From: Candidatus Saccharimonadales bacterium
GTDB lineage: Bacteria > Patescibacteriota > UBA1384 > 2-12-FULL-50-11
Length of the DNA stretch: 64,000 nt
Reading direction: 5' to 3'
Assembly (NCBI GenBank): GCA_035480235.1
Contig: DATIHX010000005.1
Location: 551-64,550 of the forward strand
The notes under the pieces are model-generated. The model made no database searches. It was not told the origin of the DNA and saw only the letters and a list, made by a program, of their open reading frames with translations. A program made the translations under genes and the position numbers. Numbering within the stretch: position 1 is the stretch's first letter; every line of letters starts with the position of its first letter. This document shows positions 1-8,903 of this stretch, piece by piece.

Positions 1-136
1 TGGTTTTAGCGTTATTGTCATCAATTAATTGAGCGAACAAGTTGTTTAAGCTGCGGTAAACAGCCAAACGCGGCCGCTCGGCGGTGCCAGTGACGCGATG
101 GCGAATTTTGGTGTGAAGTTTTTGACGGTTTTGCAT
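1..136 (-). CDS. rplR: 50S ribosomal protein L18, N-terminal part (gene continues past the left edge)
   Basis: Own translation of minus strand from ATG 134-136: [45 protein letters not shown]; PRLxVxRS and AQxIDD are L18 hallmarks; follows rplF as in spc operon. Confidence 0.85.
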   Translation of the reverse strand, partial: MQNRQKLHTKIRHRVTGTAERPRLAVYRSLNNLFAQLIDDNNAKT

Positions 137-141
137 TGTTT

Positions 142-684
142 TTACCCAGCCGCCTTCATGGCCTTGCCTTGTTTCATCCGGATCTGCTCACCCTGGTAGC
201 GGACGCCTTTGCCCTTGTACGGCTCTGGCGGTCGAATGGCTCGGACTTCGGCGGCAAATTGGCCGATCTCCCGTTTGTCGCGGCCAGCCACGTTAATAAC
301 GTTCTTTTCAATTTTGACGGCCAGGCCTTCGGGAATAGCCAAGCGGACGGGGTGAGTGAAGCCGAGCTGGAGAACTAATTCTTCGCCTTCAATGGCGCCG
401 CGGTAACCGATACCAACCAATTCTAATTTCTTGGTAAAACCGTCTTTGGCGCCGGTGACAGCGTTTTGCAATAACGCTCGGACAGTGCCGTGAAGAGCGC
501 GGTAGTGTTTAAGGTCGCTCACCCGGTTCACCAGTAACTGGCCGTCTTTTTCGGTGACGGTAACGCCGTGCGGCAGAGCCACTTTCAGCTCGCCTTGCGG
601 GCCTTTGACGGTTGCTTCAACCGGGCCGAGCTCAACACTGACGCCCTCTAAAATCTTAACTGGCTTGATCCCGATTCTACTCAT
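142..684 (-). CDS. rplF: 50S ribosomal protein L6
   Basis: ORF track 142..723; start moved to ATG 682-684 ([11 protein letters not shown]...) preceded by GAGGAG SD; operon position. Confidence 0.9.
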   Translation of the reverse strand: MSRIGIKPVKILEGVSVELGPVEATVKGPQGELKVALPHGVTVTEKDGQLLVNRVSDLKHYRALHGTVRALLQNAVTGAKDGFTKKLELVGIGYRGAIEGEELVLQLGFTHPVRLAIPEGLAVKIEKNVINVAGRDKREIGQFAAEVRAIRPPEPYKGKGVRYQGEQIRMKQGKAMKAAG

Positions 685-790
685 CGCTTTGCTCCTCGGA
701 ATCGGGAAATATCCAATAACCAATAATTAAGTTTTAAAGATTGAATATTATTTGAATATTGATTATTGAGTATTGAAAATTTCATTATAA
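685..790. repeat. AT-rich intercistronic spacer rpsH-rplF; degenerate copy (709-785) of the 116-nt module
   Basis: Shares atatcYaataaccaataattaagttt..aaagattgaatatt...atttgaatattgattattgaRtattgaaRatttc with 1163-1278. Confidence 0.8.
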
Positions 791-1162
791 TTACCAGACC
801 TCACACAATAATTCGCCGCCAACTTTTTGTTTGCGGGCTTGGTTGCCGGTTAAAACGCCTTTGGGGGTGGTTAAAATAACCATACCGAAGCCGGTTTTTG
901 GCCGGGGAATGGCTTGGTACTTAACGTAGCGGCGGATACCGGGCTTGCTGAGGCGTTTAATGTGGTTAAACGGCATATCGGTATTTAAAACGATATCAAG
1001 TTGGGTGCCGTTTTTATCAATGGAGGCGATAAAACCTTCACTTTTCAAAACCGCCGCCATCTCTTCCACCAACTTATTAGAGCGAGCGGTAACGGTTTTT
1101 TTATCGGCCATCGAAGCGTTCCGCAAACGGGTTAAAAAGTCGCTAACGGTGTCGTTATACAT
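791..1162 (-). CDS. rpsH: 30S ribosomal protein S8
   Basis: ORF track; MYNDTVSDFLTRLRNA... typical S8 N-terminus; GGAGG SD 8 nt upstream. Confidence 0.92.
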   Translation of the reverse strand: MYNDTVSDFLTRLRNASMADKKTVTARSNKLVEEMAAVLKSEGFIASIDKNGTQLDIVLNTDMPFNHIKRLSKPGIRRYVKYQAIPRPKTGFGMVILTTPKGVLTGNQARKQKVGGELLCEVW

Positions 1163-1279
1163 ACTTCAATCCTCCGGATTGGAAGCTAATATCTAATAAC
1201 CAATAATTAAGTTTCAAAGATTGAATATTCTTTATTTGAATATTATTTGAATATTGATTATTGAATATTGAAGATTTCT
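1163..1279. repeat. AT-rich intercistronic module, copy 1 (rpsN-rpsH)
   Basis: 116 nt, 4 mismatches to 2343-2458; TGAATATT words, inverted arms, SD hairpin. Confidence 0.9.
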
Positions 1280-1459
1280 TTACCATGAGGCCTTTCTGAC
1301 ACCAGGAATCTCACCCATTTGGGCGCGCTCACGAAAACAGATCCGGCAGATACCGAACTTGCGCAAGTAACCGTGCGGCCGGCCGCACAAAGCGCACCGG
1401 TTGACGGCGCGGGTGGAAAACTTGCTGACGGCCCTGGTTGAGTATCGTTTGCTAGCCAT
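1280..1459 (-). CDS. rpsN: 30S ribosomal protein S14, short Zn-ribbon (type Z) form
   Basis: ORF track 1280..1501; conserved part MASKRY...[23 protein letters not shown]...PGVRKASW with CxxC...CxxC; start set at ATG 1457-1459. Confidence 0.85.
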   Translation of the reverse strand: MASKRYSTRAVSKFSTRAVNRCALCGRPHGYLRKFGICRICFRERAQMGEIPGVRKASW

Positions 1460-1475
1460 GGTAACAGATTCAAGT

Positions 1476-2015
1476 TTAGCTCTTTTTGAAAGGAAAGCCA
1501 AGGGCCTTAAGAACGACTGCCGAGGCGGCTGGGTTAGAGTTTTTAACAGTAATTGTGACCGACAAGCCGAACGGTTTGTCCATCACGTCGTTGCCGAGTT
1601 CGGGGAAAGAGACTTGGTCTTTAAAACCGATCGTTAAGTTACCTTGTTTATCGAACTGCGTCTGCTCGATGCCGCGGAATTCCCGAATGCGGGGCAGCGT
1701 AACGTTAATCAGTCGATTTAAGAAGTCGGTCATTTTGCTACCGCGGAGCGTCACGCGCATGCCCACCAAATCGCCGGTGCGGAGTTTAAAGCCGGCGATG
1801 GCTTTGCGAGCATGGGTCATCACCGGCTTTTGGCCGGCAATTGCGGTTAACGATTGCTCGATGTAGCTAATCATTTCTTTGTTGGTTTTGTGAACGCCGA
1901 GGCCAACGTTAAGGCTAACTTTTTGGAGTTTTGGCAGAGCGTTAACATTTTTAATACTAAGCTCACTTTGCAGGGCCGCTACATTTTTCAAATAAAGTTC
2001 TTTAGTGTCGTACAT
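1476..2015 (-). CDS. rplE: 50S ribosomal protein L5
   Basis: ORF track; operon position between rplX and rpsN; L5-like sequence. Confidence 0.9.
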   Translation of the reverse strand: MYDTKELYLKNVAALQSELSIKNVNALPKLQKVSLNVGLGVHKTNKEMISYIEQSLTAIAGQKPVMTHARKAIAGFKLRTGDLVGMRVTLRGSKMTDFLNRLINVTLPRIREFRGIEQTQFDKQGNLTIGFKDQVSFPELGNDVMDKPFGLSVTITVKNSNPAASAVVLKALGFPFKKS

Positions 2016-2341
2016 TATTTACCTTCCTTAGTAATAATCGGCTCTTTTGAGACCTTACTAATGCGTACTTTTTCTTGGCCGTTAACCCGAAACCCAACGC
2101 GCGTCGGTTTGTTACTAGCCGGGTCCAGTAACATGACGTTACTGATTTGCAGCGGCAAAGATTTGTCGATAATACCGCCCTGTGGGTTCTGTTGTGAGCG
2201 CTTGAGGTGTTTTTTAACCATATTCAGACCACTAACGATAACTTTACCGTCTTTGGCAAAAACCCGTTCAATGACGCCGGTTTTGTTGCGGTCGCGGCCG
2301 GTAATTACTAAAACTTTGTCGCCTTTTTTCAGTTTAGCCAT
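2015..2341 (-). CDS. rplX: 50S ribosomal protein L24
   Basis: ORF track 2015..2344 (first codon GTG); ATG 2339-2341 gives MAKLKKGDKVLVITGRDRNKTG, KOW motif; stop overlaps rplE start (TAATG). Confidence 0.9.
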   Translation of the reverse strand: MAKLKKGDKVLVITGRDRNKTGVIERVFAKDGKVIVSGLNMVKKHLKRSQQNPQGGIIDKSLPLQISNVMLLDPASNKPTRVGFRVNGQEKVRISKVSKEPIITKEGK

Positions 2342-2459
2342 CACTTCAATCCTCCGGATTGGAAGCTAATATCTAATAACCAATAATCAAGTTTCAAAGA
2401 TTGAATATTCTTTATTTGAATATTATTTGAATATTGATTATTAAGTATTGAAAATTTCG
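2342..2459. repeat. AT-rich intercistronic module, copy 2 (rplN-rplX)
   Basis: Ungapped alignment to 1163-1278 (offset 1180). Confidence 0.9.
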
Positions 2460-2828
2460 TCATAAGACATCCTTTGCTAAAGAAATAATTTTAGTGAAGC
2501 CTTTATCGCGCAGTTCCCGGGCGACGGGGCCAAAAATCCGGGTGCCTCGCGGCGTTCCGTCTGGGTTAATGACCACAGCGGCGTTGTCGTCGAAACGAAT
2601 GGTTGAGCCGTCAGCCCGGCGGCAGGGTTTGGTTTGGCGAACAATCACCGCTCGAACAACTTCGTGAGCTTTAACGTTAGCCCGGGGGATGGCGGTTTTA
2701 ACGGAAGCCACAACGATATCGCCGATCTCGGCGTCGTCGAAACGGCCCTGTTTGACAACCTTAATAACGCCTAGCGAACGAGCGCCAGAGTTATCGGCCA
2801 CGACCAGGCGAGTTAGAAGTTGAACCAT
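2460..2828 (-). CDS. rplN: 50S ribosomal protein L14
   Basis: ORF track 2460..2831 (first codon TTG); ATG 2826-2828 gives [16 protein letters not shown], classic L14. Confidence 0.92.
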   Translation of the reverse strand: MVQLLTRLVVADNSGARSLGVIKVVKQGRFDDAEIGDIVVASVKTAIPRANVKAHEVVRAVIVRQTKPCRRADGSTIRFDDNAAVVINPDGTPRGTRIFGPVARELRDKGFTKIISLAKDVL

Positions 2829-2907
2829 CAACGATTTCCTCCGGAAATCGCAATATCCAATAACCGATAACTAAGTTTCAAGTATTGAGTATTGAGTATT
2901 GAGTATT
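2829..2907. repeat. AT-rich intercistronic spacer rpsQ-rplN with 7-nt tandem words
   Basis: agtattg x3 plus a variant at 2881-2908 facing ccaataaccgataac; SD hairpin 2832-2850. Confidence 0.85.
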
Positions 2908-3150
2908 TCATTTTGTTTTCTCAATTCGTTTCGTAATCTCCCAGCGTTTGTGACGGCTGAGCGGTTTGGTTTCAGCGATCTCAACTGTTTCGCCCATTTT
3001 GTACTCGTTATTTGGGTTTTGGGCCATAAATTTCCGGTGGCGTTGAAAGCGTTTCTTTAAGATTGGGTGAATGCGCCATAGCGATACCGCCACCACGGCC
3101 GTGTTGGTCATTTTGTCGGACACAATGATGCCGAGCTGAGTTTTACGCAT
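2908..3150 (-). CDS. rpsQ: 30S ribosomal protein S17
   Basis: ORF track; operon position, S17-like OB-fold sequence. Confidence 0.88.
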   Translation of the reverse strand: MRKTQLGIIVSDKMTNTAVVAVSLWRIHPILKKRFQRHRKFMAQNPNNEYKMGETVEIAETKPLSRHKRWEITKRIEKTK

Positions 3151-3373
3151 GAGTTTTTTCTTGAATTTGAGCGGTGACTTTTTCGTCCAAAATTGTTTTC
3201 AAGCGAGCGATGGTCTTTTTCAACTCGCCGATTTCTTTCGGGTTCTTTAGTTTGCCCAGTAATTTATCTTGGCGAAGAACCGTTAATTTCTTTTGGGCTT
3301 CTGTAATTCTACCAGAAATCTGGTTCAGCGGTAAGCCCTTGATCTCGCGCAGCTGCTCTAAACGTTTTGCCAT
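3143..3373 (-). CDS. rpmC: 50S ribosomal protein L29
   Basis: ORF track; helical 76 aa between rplP and rpsQ; overlaps rpsQ start. Confidence 0.85.
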   Translation of the reverse strand: MAKRLEQLREIKGLPLNQISGRITEAQKKLTVLRQDKLLGKLKNPKEIGELKKTIARLKTILDEKVTAQIQEKTHA

Positions 3374-3374
3374 T

Positions 3375-3788
3375 TTATCGGCTCTCCACTTTCACGAATT
3401 TGGTTTTGACAGGCAGTTTGTGAGCAGCCAAGCGCATCGCTTCGGCAGCGGTCGCTTCGTCGACGCCGGCCATCTCAAAAAGGATGGTGCCAGGTTTAAC
3501 AACAGCCACAAAGTGGTCGAGCGCGCCCTTACCGCCGCCCATGCCCACTTCAGCGGGTTTACCGGTGACGGGTTTATGCGGGAAAATTCGGACCCAAATT
3601 TTACCGCCACGTTTAATGTAGCGGGTCATCGCTCGGCGAGCGGCTTCGATCTGGCGGCTGGTGAGCCACGCCCGATCCATAGCTTTCAGGCCAAAGTCGC
3701 CAAAACTGACCGAAGCGCCGCGGGTAGCGATACCGGAAAACGTCCCCTTAGAGACTTTGCGATGTTTGAGTTTCTTGGGCAACAACAT
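3375..3788 (-). CDS. rplP: 50S ribosomal protein L16
   Basis: ORF track; [11 protein letters not shown]... and RMGGGKG-type motif (GMGGGKGA). Confidence 0.92.
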   Translation of the reverse strand: MLLPKKLKHRKVSKGTFSGIATRGASVSFGDFGLKAMDRAWLTSRQIEAARRAMTRYIKRGGKIWVRIFPHKPVTGKPAEVGMGGGKGALDHFVAVVKPGTILFEMAGVDEATAAEAMRLAAHKLPVKTKFVKVESR

Positions 3789-4444
3789 TATTCAGTCTCC
3801 TCGCGGTCGGTAAACAGGCCGCGGTTAATCCAGACTTTAACGCCAACAACGCCGTAGGTGGTTTGGGCGTGATAAATGCTGTAGTCGATATCGAATTTGA
3901 AGCGAGAAAGCGGGATTGAGCCGTCTTGGAATTTTTCGGTTCGGGCGATCTCGGCGCCGTTCAAGCGGCCGGAAACGATAATTTTAATCCCTTGGGCTTT
4001 GCTGGCCATCGATTTTTCGATCGACTGTTTGCAGGCGCGGCGGTACGGAATGCGGCGTTCGATCTGGTTACCGATGTTTTGAGCGACGAGTGAAGCCGAG
4101 ATTTCGGGATGGCGGTCTTCCAAAATCTCCAATCGGACGACCGGCTGGCCGGTTGGGTAGAATTTCTTTTGGAGTTGGTCTTTCAGAAGATTAATCCCCT
4201 GCCCGCCGCGGCCGATCACTAAGCCGGGTTTGCTGGTGGTAATTTTAACAGTGATTTTGCCCTGGGAACGAACAATTTCCACATCACGAACGCCAGCGTT
4301 ATTGAGCTGTTTTTTAATAAAATCGCGAATTTTGAAGTCGGTAATTAAGTAATTGCGGAACTCACTGTTGCGGGCGAACCACTTACTCTGCCAGTTGGCA
4401 GTAATGCTCATCCGGTTACTAATCGGGTTAATCTTCTGACCCAT
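3788..4444 (-). CDS. rpsC: 30S ribosomal protein S3
   Basis: ORF track; MGQKINPI..., KH-domain GRGG motif. Confidence 0.92.
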   Translation of the reverse strand: MGQKINPISNRMSITANWQSKWFARNSEFRNYLITDFKIRDFIKKQLNNAGVRDVEIVRSQGKITVKITTSKPGLVIGRGGQGINLLKDQLQKKFYPTGQPVVRLEILEDRHPEISASLVAQNIGNQIERRIPYRRACKQSIEKSMASKAQGIKIIVSGRLNGAEIARTEKFQDGSIPLSRFKFDIDYSIYHAQTTYGVVGVKVWINRGLFTDREETE

Positions 4445-4583
4445 CAGGCAATCCTCCGGATTGAAATACTAAATTCGAAATTCGAAATCCCAAACAAATT
4501 AAAATTATTCAATGACCAAATGTTTGAAACATTGGAATTTCGGTAATTAGTTATTGTTTGGTTTTTGGGTGATTGGGATTTCA
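4445..4583. repeat. AT-rich intercistronic hairpin spacer rplV-rpsC
   Basis: aaattcg/aaatccc words 4471-4491 face tttggtttttgggtgattgggattt; 34-nt identity with 6176-6209. Confidence 0.85.
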
Positions 4584-4973
4584 TTATTTTGTTTCCTTTT
4601 TGGTGGTACGGACTTTAGCTGCTGGTTTGGCTTTAACTTTTGGGGCTTCGTCGCTGACCGTCACGTTTAAGTGAGCGATGTGTTTAAGGTAAGCGTTCGA
4701 ACGACCACGGGAGTTCGGGCGCATCCGTTTAATTTTTGGGCCTTCAGTGGCCATAATAGCGCTGATCGTCGCCTTCTCGGCGCCGAGTTCCTTCTGCTCG
4801 GCGGCGGCTTTGGCCATCAAGAGAGCTTGATGCAAATAGCGGGCCGAATCTTGGCTCATCACGGCTGTTTGATTGAGGGCAGTTTCCAAGTTTTTACCCA
4901 CTAAAAGACGGCCGACTGGGCGGAGTTTCTTAGCGGAGTGGCGCAAATAACGGAGTTTAACAGTGACTTGCAT
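4584..4973 (-). CDS. rplV: 50S ribosomal protein L22 (Lys/Ala-rich C-terminal tail)
   Basis: ORF track; operon position and L22-like core. Confidence 0.88.
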   Translation of the reverse strand: MQVTVKLRYLRHSAKKLRPVGRLLVGKNLETALNQTAVMSQDSARYLHQALLMAKAAAEQKELGAEKATISAIMATEGPKIKRMRPNSRGRSNAYLKHIAHLNVTVSDEAPKVKAKPAAKVRTTKKETK

Positions 4974-5263
4974 TACTTCTTATCTCCAACGGCTTGTTCT
5001 TTAGCCATCTTACCGCCGTGGCCTTTAAATTTGCGGGTTGGGGCGAATTCACCGAGGCGATGACCGACCATTTCTTCAACGACGGTTACTGGCAGGTGAG
5101 TTTTGCCGTTATGAACGCCAAAAGTGAAACCGACCATCTCGGGGAAGATCGTGCTGGCCCGAGACCACGTTTTCACGACGGTGCGGCTGCCGGCCGGCAG
5201 GCCTTCGATCTTCTTCAGTAATTTTGGGTCGGCCCAAGGGCCTTTTTTGAGTGATCGTGACAT
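4973..5263 (-). CDS. rpsS: 30S ribosomal protein S19
   Basis: ORF track; [10 protein letters not shown]..., [11 protein letters not shown] motif. Confidence 0.92.
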   Translation of the reverse strand: MSRSLKKGPWADPKLLKKIEGLPAGSRTVVKTWSRASTIFPEMVGFTFGVHNGKTHLPVTVVEEMVGHRLGEFAPTRKFKGHGGKMAKEQAVGDKK

Positions 5264-6102
5264 TACTTGCTCTTTCTCCGGGTAACAATATATTTAGTGG
5301 TTCGTTTGTTGCGGCGCGTTCGGTAACCGAGGGCTGGTTTACCCCACGGCGTTTTCGGATGTTTCAAACCGATCGAGTTAACCGCTTCACCGCCGCCGTG
5401 TGGGTGATCAATTGGGTTCATCGCTTTACCGCGAACGGTTGGCCGCCAGCCCATGTGGCGTTTCCGGCCAGCTTTGGCGATCCGGATACGGTTGTGGGTG
5501 GTGTTAGAAACCTGACCGACCGATGCCATACATTCTAACAGAACCTTCCGGATTTCTGAAGAAGCCAGCTTAATGTAAGCGTATTTGCCTTCTTTGGCGG
5601 TTAAGGTGGCGGCCGAACCAGCCGAACGAACCATCTGGCCGCCGCGGCCCGGTTGCAGCTCGACGTTATGGACTTGGTAACCAACGGGGATGTCGGCGAG
5701 CTTTAAGCGCGAGCCAAGGCCGTAGCTGCGTTTAAGTCCAGAAGTAACTTTGTCGCCCACTTTCAGGCCTTCGGGCGCTAAAATGTAGGTTTTTTGCGGC
5801 TGATCGTTAGTACTAGGGCGCTCGAGCAAGGCGATGAAAGCGCTGCGGTTTGGGTCGTATTCAAGAGCAGTGACAGTCGCTTCCCCTTCAAAGGGCAGGA
5901 ATTTAAAGTCGATCACCCGGAATAAACGCTTGGCGCCGCCGCCGCGATGGCGAACGGAAATCGAACCGCTGTCGTCGCGACCGGCGTGTTTGCGCAGTTT
6001 AATAGTTAAAGATTTTTCCGGGCGCTTTTTGGTGAGCGTGCCAAAGTCGCCGTAGGTTAAATGACGGATGGCGGGGCTAGTTGGTTTAACGGCACGGGGC
6101 AT
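5263..6102 (-). CDS. rplB: 50S ribosomal protein L2
   Basis: ORF track 5263..6105 (first codon TTG); ATG 6100-6102; [11 protein letters not shown] motif. Confidence 0.93.
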   Translation of the reverse strand: MPRAVKPTSPAIRHLTYGDFGTLTKKRPEKSLTIKLRKHAGRDDSGSISVRHRGGGAKRLFRVIDFKFLPFEGEATVTALEYDPNRSAFIALLERPSTNDQPQKTYILAPEGLKVGDKVTSGLKRSYGLGSRLKLADIPVGYQVHNVELQPGRGGQMVRSAGSAATLTAKEGKYAYIKLASSEIRKVLLECMASVGQVSNTTHNRIRIAKAGRKRHMGWRPTVRGKAMNPIDHPHGGGEAVNSIGLKHPKTPWGKPALGYRTRRNKRTTKYIVTRRKSK

Positions 6103-6205
6103 CAAGCAATCCTCCGGATTGAAAAACCAATTTCAAAATCCCAAATCCCAAACATATTGAAAATTTGGTAATTGATTATTGTTTGGTTTTTGGGTGATTG
6201 GGATT
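6103..6205. repeat. AT-rich intercistronic hairpin spacer rplW-rplB
   Basis: Same right arm and SD hairpin as 4445-4583. Confidence 0.85.
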
Positions 6206-6517
6206 TCATGTATTTTTTTCCTTCTTTTTGTCGTCTTTTTCGGTTAAACTCTCGAAACCGGGGATTTTTTGTTTGGGCGGCAACTGAACGTAAGCTTTAC
6301 GGATTTGAGCCCGAACACCTGGGCGGCGTTTAAAGTTAACTTTTTTGGCCGGCAAATTGACGATCCGGACCGAGAGCGGTGTGACAGCGTAGAGCTGGTG
6401 AAGCTCTTTGGTGACGGTGGTTTTGTTAGCATCTTTTTCGATCAAAAAGACATACAAACCTTTGTCGATGGCGGCGGCCGATTTCTCTGTTAAATACGGT
6501 TGGATAACACGGTTCAT
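6206..6517 (-). CDS. rplW: 50S ribosomal protein L23
   Basis: ORF track; operon position between rplD and rplB. Confidence 0.88.
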   Translation of the reverse strand: MNRVIQPYLTEKSAAAIDKGLYVFLIEKDANKTTVTKELHQLYAVTPLSVRIVNLPAKKVNFKRRPGVRAQIRKAYVQLPPKQKIPGFESLTEKDDKKKEKNT

Positions 6518-7143
6518 GCGGCCTCTTTCTTCGTTGCGGTTTTAGCTTTAGCGGCTGGTTTCGCCTGTCCTGAGCTTGTCGAAGGGGTTTTCAGTAAACC
6601 GCGCGTGGTCGCAGCAGTTTTTTCCATCACAATTTTTTGGGCCTTTGATAGATCTAAAATGGAGAGGTTTTTATCCACAACAACCGTCACGTTTGGTAGA
6701 TTGCGGCAAGCCAGAATGAGTTGCGGTTGGAACTCGCTGGTGACTAAAACGATGTTGTTGCCGGTAATTTCCAGTTTTTTCAGCAACGTTAGCGCTTGCT
6801 TGGTTTTAGCGTCGGTTAAAGCCAAGCTATCGGTGACGAGCAGCTGTTTTTGTTCGTAGAGGTGGTTCAATAATTGATTAAAGGCGGCTTTGGCCATCTT
6901 TTTCGGCAGAACTTGTTTGAAGGTTCGCTCTTTTTGCGGACCAAAAGTAATACCGCCGCCGACCCAAATTGGGCTACGCCGCGAACCGGCCCGAGCGTTA
7001 CCGGTCCCTTTTTGCTTCCAGGGTTTGCGGCCGCCACCTCGAACGTTACCGCGAGTTTTGGTGTGCGAGTTAGTCTGCCGGCTATTAGCCTCGGCGGCTA
7101 AGACGGCTTGTTTAACTAAAGAAATATTGAGTTTGGTGGCCAT
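6514..7143 (-). CDS. rplD: 50S ribosomal protein L4
   Basis: ORF track; GGGRKPWKQKGTGNAR motif. Confidence 0.92.
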   Translation of the reverse strand: MATKLNISLVKQAVLAAEANSRQTNSHTKTRGNVRGGGRKPWKQKGTGNARAGSRRSPIWVGGGITFGPQKERTFKQVLPKKMAKAAFNQLLNHLYEQKQLLVTDSLALTDAKTKQALTLLKKLEITGNNIVLVTSEFQPQLILACRNLPNVTVVVDKNLSILDLSKAQKIVMEKTAATTRGLLKTPSTSSGQAKPAAKAKTATKKEAA

Positions 7144-7145
7144 CT

Positions 7146-7721
7146 TTACGCGTTTTTGATGATAACTCGGCCGCGAGCCGGGCCAGGAATCGGGCCGCTA
7201 ATAATAATGAGGTTTTCGGCTGGTTTAACGTCAACCACTTTGGCGCCGCGAATGGTTAAATTCTCGCCGCCCATTCGGCCGCTCATTTTTTGGCCTTTTG
7301 GCACCCGTTGTGGGCGCTGAGCGCCGATCGAACCCGGACCGCGGTGATTATCGCCGCCGTGGGTCATCGGACCGCGAGAGAAGTTGTGACGCTTGATGGT
7401 ACCGGCCATACCTTTGCCTTTGGTGACGCCGGAAACTTTGACTTTTTCGCCGACGGTAAATTGGGAAACACTAACTTTTTCTTGGTCGGCTTCTAACTCG
7501 GTGGCTTCTTTCAGCCAAACGCCGCGTTTCGAACCAGTTTTTTCGGCTAATTTTTTTTGAGCCTTAACGGTTTTTCCGGGCACGGCAACGGCGAGCTGGA
7601 TTCGCTCGCCGGTTTTAATTACACTGTTAGGCTCGGCAAAAACGACCGTTGCCCCAATCAGACGACCTTTGTCGTCCCATACTTGGGTCATGCCAATTTT
7701 TTGACCGAGCAGTAGCTTCAT
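7146..7721 (-). CDS. rplC: 50S ribosomal protein L3
   Basis: ORF track; KGKGMAGTIKRHNF motif; first gene of this operon segment with its own promoter. Confidence 0.92.
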   Translation of the reverse strand: MKLLLGQKIGMTQVWDDKGRLIGATVVFAEPNSVIKTGERIQLAVAVPGKTVKAQKKLAEKTGSKRGVWLKEATELEADQEKVSVSQFTVGEKVKVSGVTKGKGMAGTIKRHNFSRGPMTHGGDNHRGPGSIGAQRPQRVPKGQKMSGRMGGENLTIRGAKVVDVKPAENLIIISGPIPGPARGRVIIKNA

Positions 7722-7775
7722 TAAATTTAATAGATAGTATGTCGCACCCCAACGTATAGCTGAACATGCTTAATT

Positions 7776-7804
7776 ATTATGCATTAATCGGGTTCAAGAG
7801 TCAA
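7776..7804 (-). promoter_or_regulatory. promoter-like TTGACT-17-CATAAT upstream of rplC
   Basis: Hexamers and spacing read on the minus strand. Confidence 0.55.
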
Positions 7805-7823
7805 GATCGGATTCGGGTCCGCC

Positions 7824-8339
7824 CTACTTTAATAACTCACCGAATTGTTTTTTAACTTTGTCGAGTTTGGGGTTGATGACAATTTGGCAGTACGGTTCGC
7901 GACTATGGTTAGAAAAGTAGTCACGATGGTAATTTTCGGCCAGGTAAAAGTGGTCAAGCGGCTGAACCTTGGTGACAACGGAATTGCCATCTTGATTGGA
8001 AGCATTAATTTCCACGATAAACTTTTCAGCTGCCGTTTTTTGCTCCTCAGTCGTGTATAAAACTAACGATCGGTACTGCGGGCCGACGTCAGCACCTTGG
8101 CGGTTAAGGGTAGTTGGGTCGTGAGTGGCGAAAAAGACGGTGAGAAGTTTTTCGTAATCAATCTCAGCGGGATCATACTCAATTTTCACCGCTTCGGCGT
8201 GATCGCCAATTGAATGATAATTTGGGTTTGGTGTTATGCCGCCAGCGTAACCAGGTTCAACACTCTTGACGCCTTTCAACATCTTAAAGATGGCTTCGGT
8301 ACACCAGAAACACCCGCCAGCAAAAACCGCTACTGCCAT
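7824..8339 (-). CDS. msrA: peptide-methionine (S)-S-oxide reductase
   Basis: ORF track; AVFAGGCFWCTE active-site motif and GYAGG. Confidence 0.88.
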   Translation of the reverse strand: MAVAVFAGGCFWCTEAIFKMLKGVKSVEPGYAGGITPNPNYHSIGDHAEAVKIEYDPAEIDYEKLLTVFFATHDPTTLNRQGADVGPQYRSLVLYTTEEQKTAAEKFIVEINASNQDGNSVVTKVQPLDHFYLAENYHRDYFSNHSREPYCQIVINPKLDKVKKQFGELLK

Positions 8340-8345
8340 GTTCGT

Positions 8346-8354
8346 ATTGTAACA
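8346..8354 (-). promoter_or_regulatory. extended -10 (TGTTACAAT) 6 nt upstream of the msrA ATG; leaderless candidate
   Basis: No SD; -10 to ATG distance fits a leaderless start. Confidence 0.45.
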
Positions 8355-8471
8355 ACAAATTGCGGTGCTACGATGAGCGTGTTAGGTGCGGAGTTCCGGA
8401 GAGCTCCCAGTTGGCAAAATGGTCCCGGCCGTCTCACCGTTTGAGGCATTCCCCGCCCGCAAGGCGGGGTC

Positions 8472-8870
8472 TTACTCGCTGGTTTTACCTTCGAATTTGT
8501 CGGTTTGGTCGGCTTCGCCTTGGGCTTTCGTGGCGTGGATCACCCGGTCGCGGTGGTTGGGCGGCGAGTAGATTGTGTAAAGCTTGAGTGGTTCAGTGGC
8601 CGAGGTATTGATCACGTTATGGCGGGTTCCGGCCGGCACGATCACCACGTCGCCGTCGCCCACTATTTGTTCCACGCCGTCCAGAACAGTTTTGCCGTCG
8701 CCTTTTTCAAAGCGGAAAAACTGATCAACGGTGTGAACCTCTTCGCCGATCTCTTCATTCGGCAATAAATTCATCAGCACTAATTGGCTGTGCTCGGCGG
8801 TGTAGAGCACCTCGCGAAAATTATTATTTTCCAGCGTCAGGTGTTCGACATTAGCTTTGTAACCCCTCAT
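8472..8870 (-). CDS. cupin-domain protein
   Basis: ORF track; 132 aa with cupin-like GxxxxHxH-type region (EEIGEEVH...) and PAGTRHN motif. Confidence 0.6.
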   Translation of the reverse strand: MRGYKANVEHLTLENNNFREVLYTAEHSQLVLMNLLPNEEIGEEVHTVDQFFRFEKGDGKTVLDGVEQIVGDGDVVIVPAGTRHNVINTSATEPLKLYTIYSPPNHRDRVIHATKAQGEADQTDKFEGKTSE

Positions 8871-8903
8871 CCCTCAACATTAGCACAAATATAACGAAGC
8901 GGG

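Noticed and set aside
2881-2908. A possible CRISPR array or minisatellite, suggested by the tandem words in the AT-rich spacers (also 18383-18454 and 36642-36750).
   Set aside because: The units are only 7-8 nt with no unique spacers between them. The arrays are under 100 nt and there are no cas genes in the window.
7722-7823. tRNA or other small RNA genes in the longer intergenic regions (7722-7823, 8340-8471, 12413-12555, 41713-41815, 52127-52269).
   Set aside because: No cloverleaf-compatible sequence or GTTCRANYC T-loop box was seen by eye. This was only a manual scan and should be confirmed with tRNAscan-SE or Infernal.
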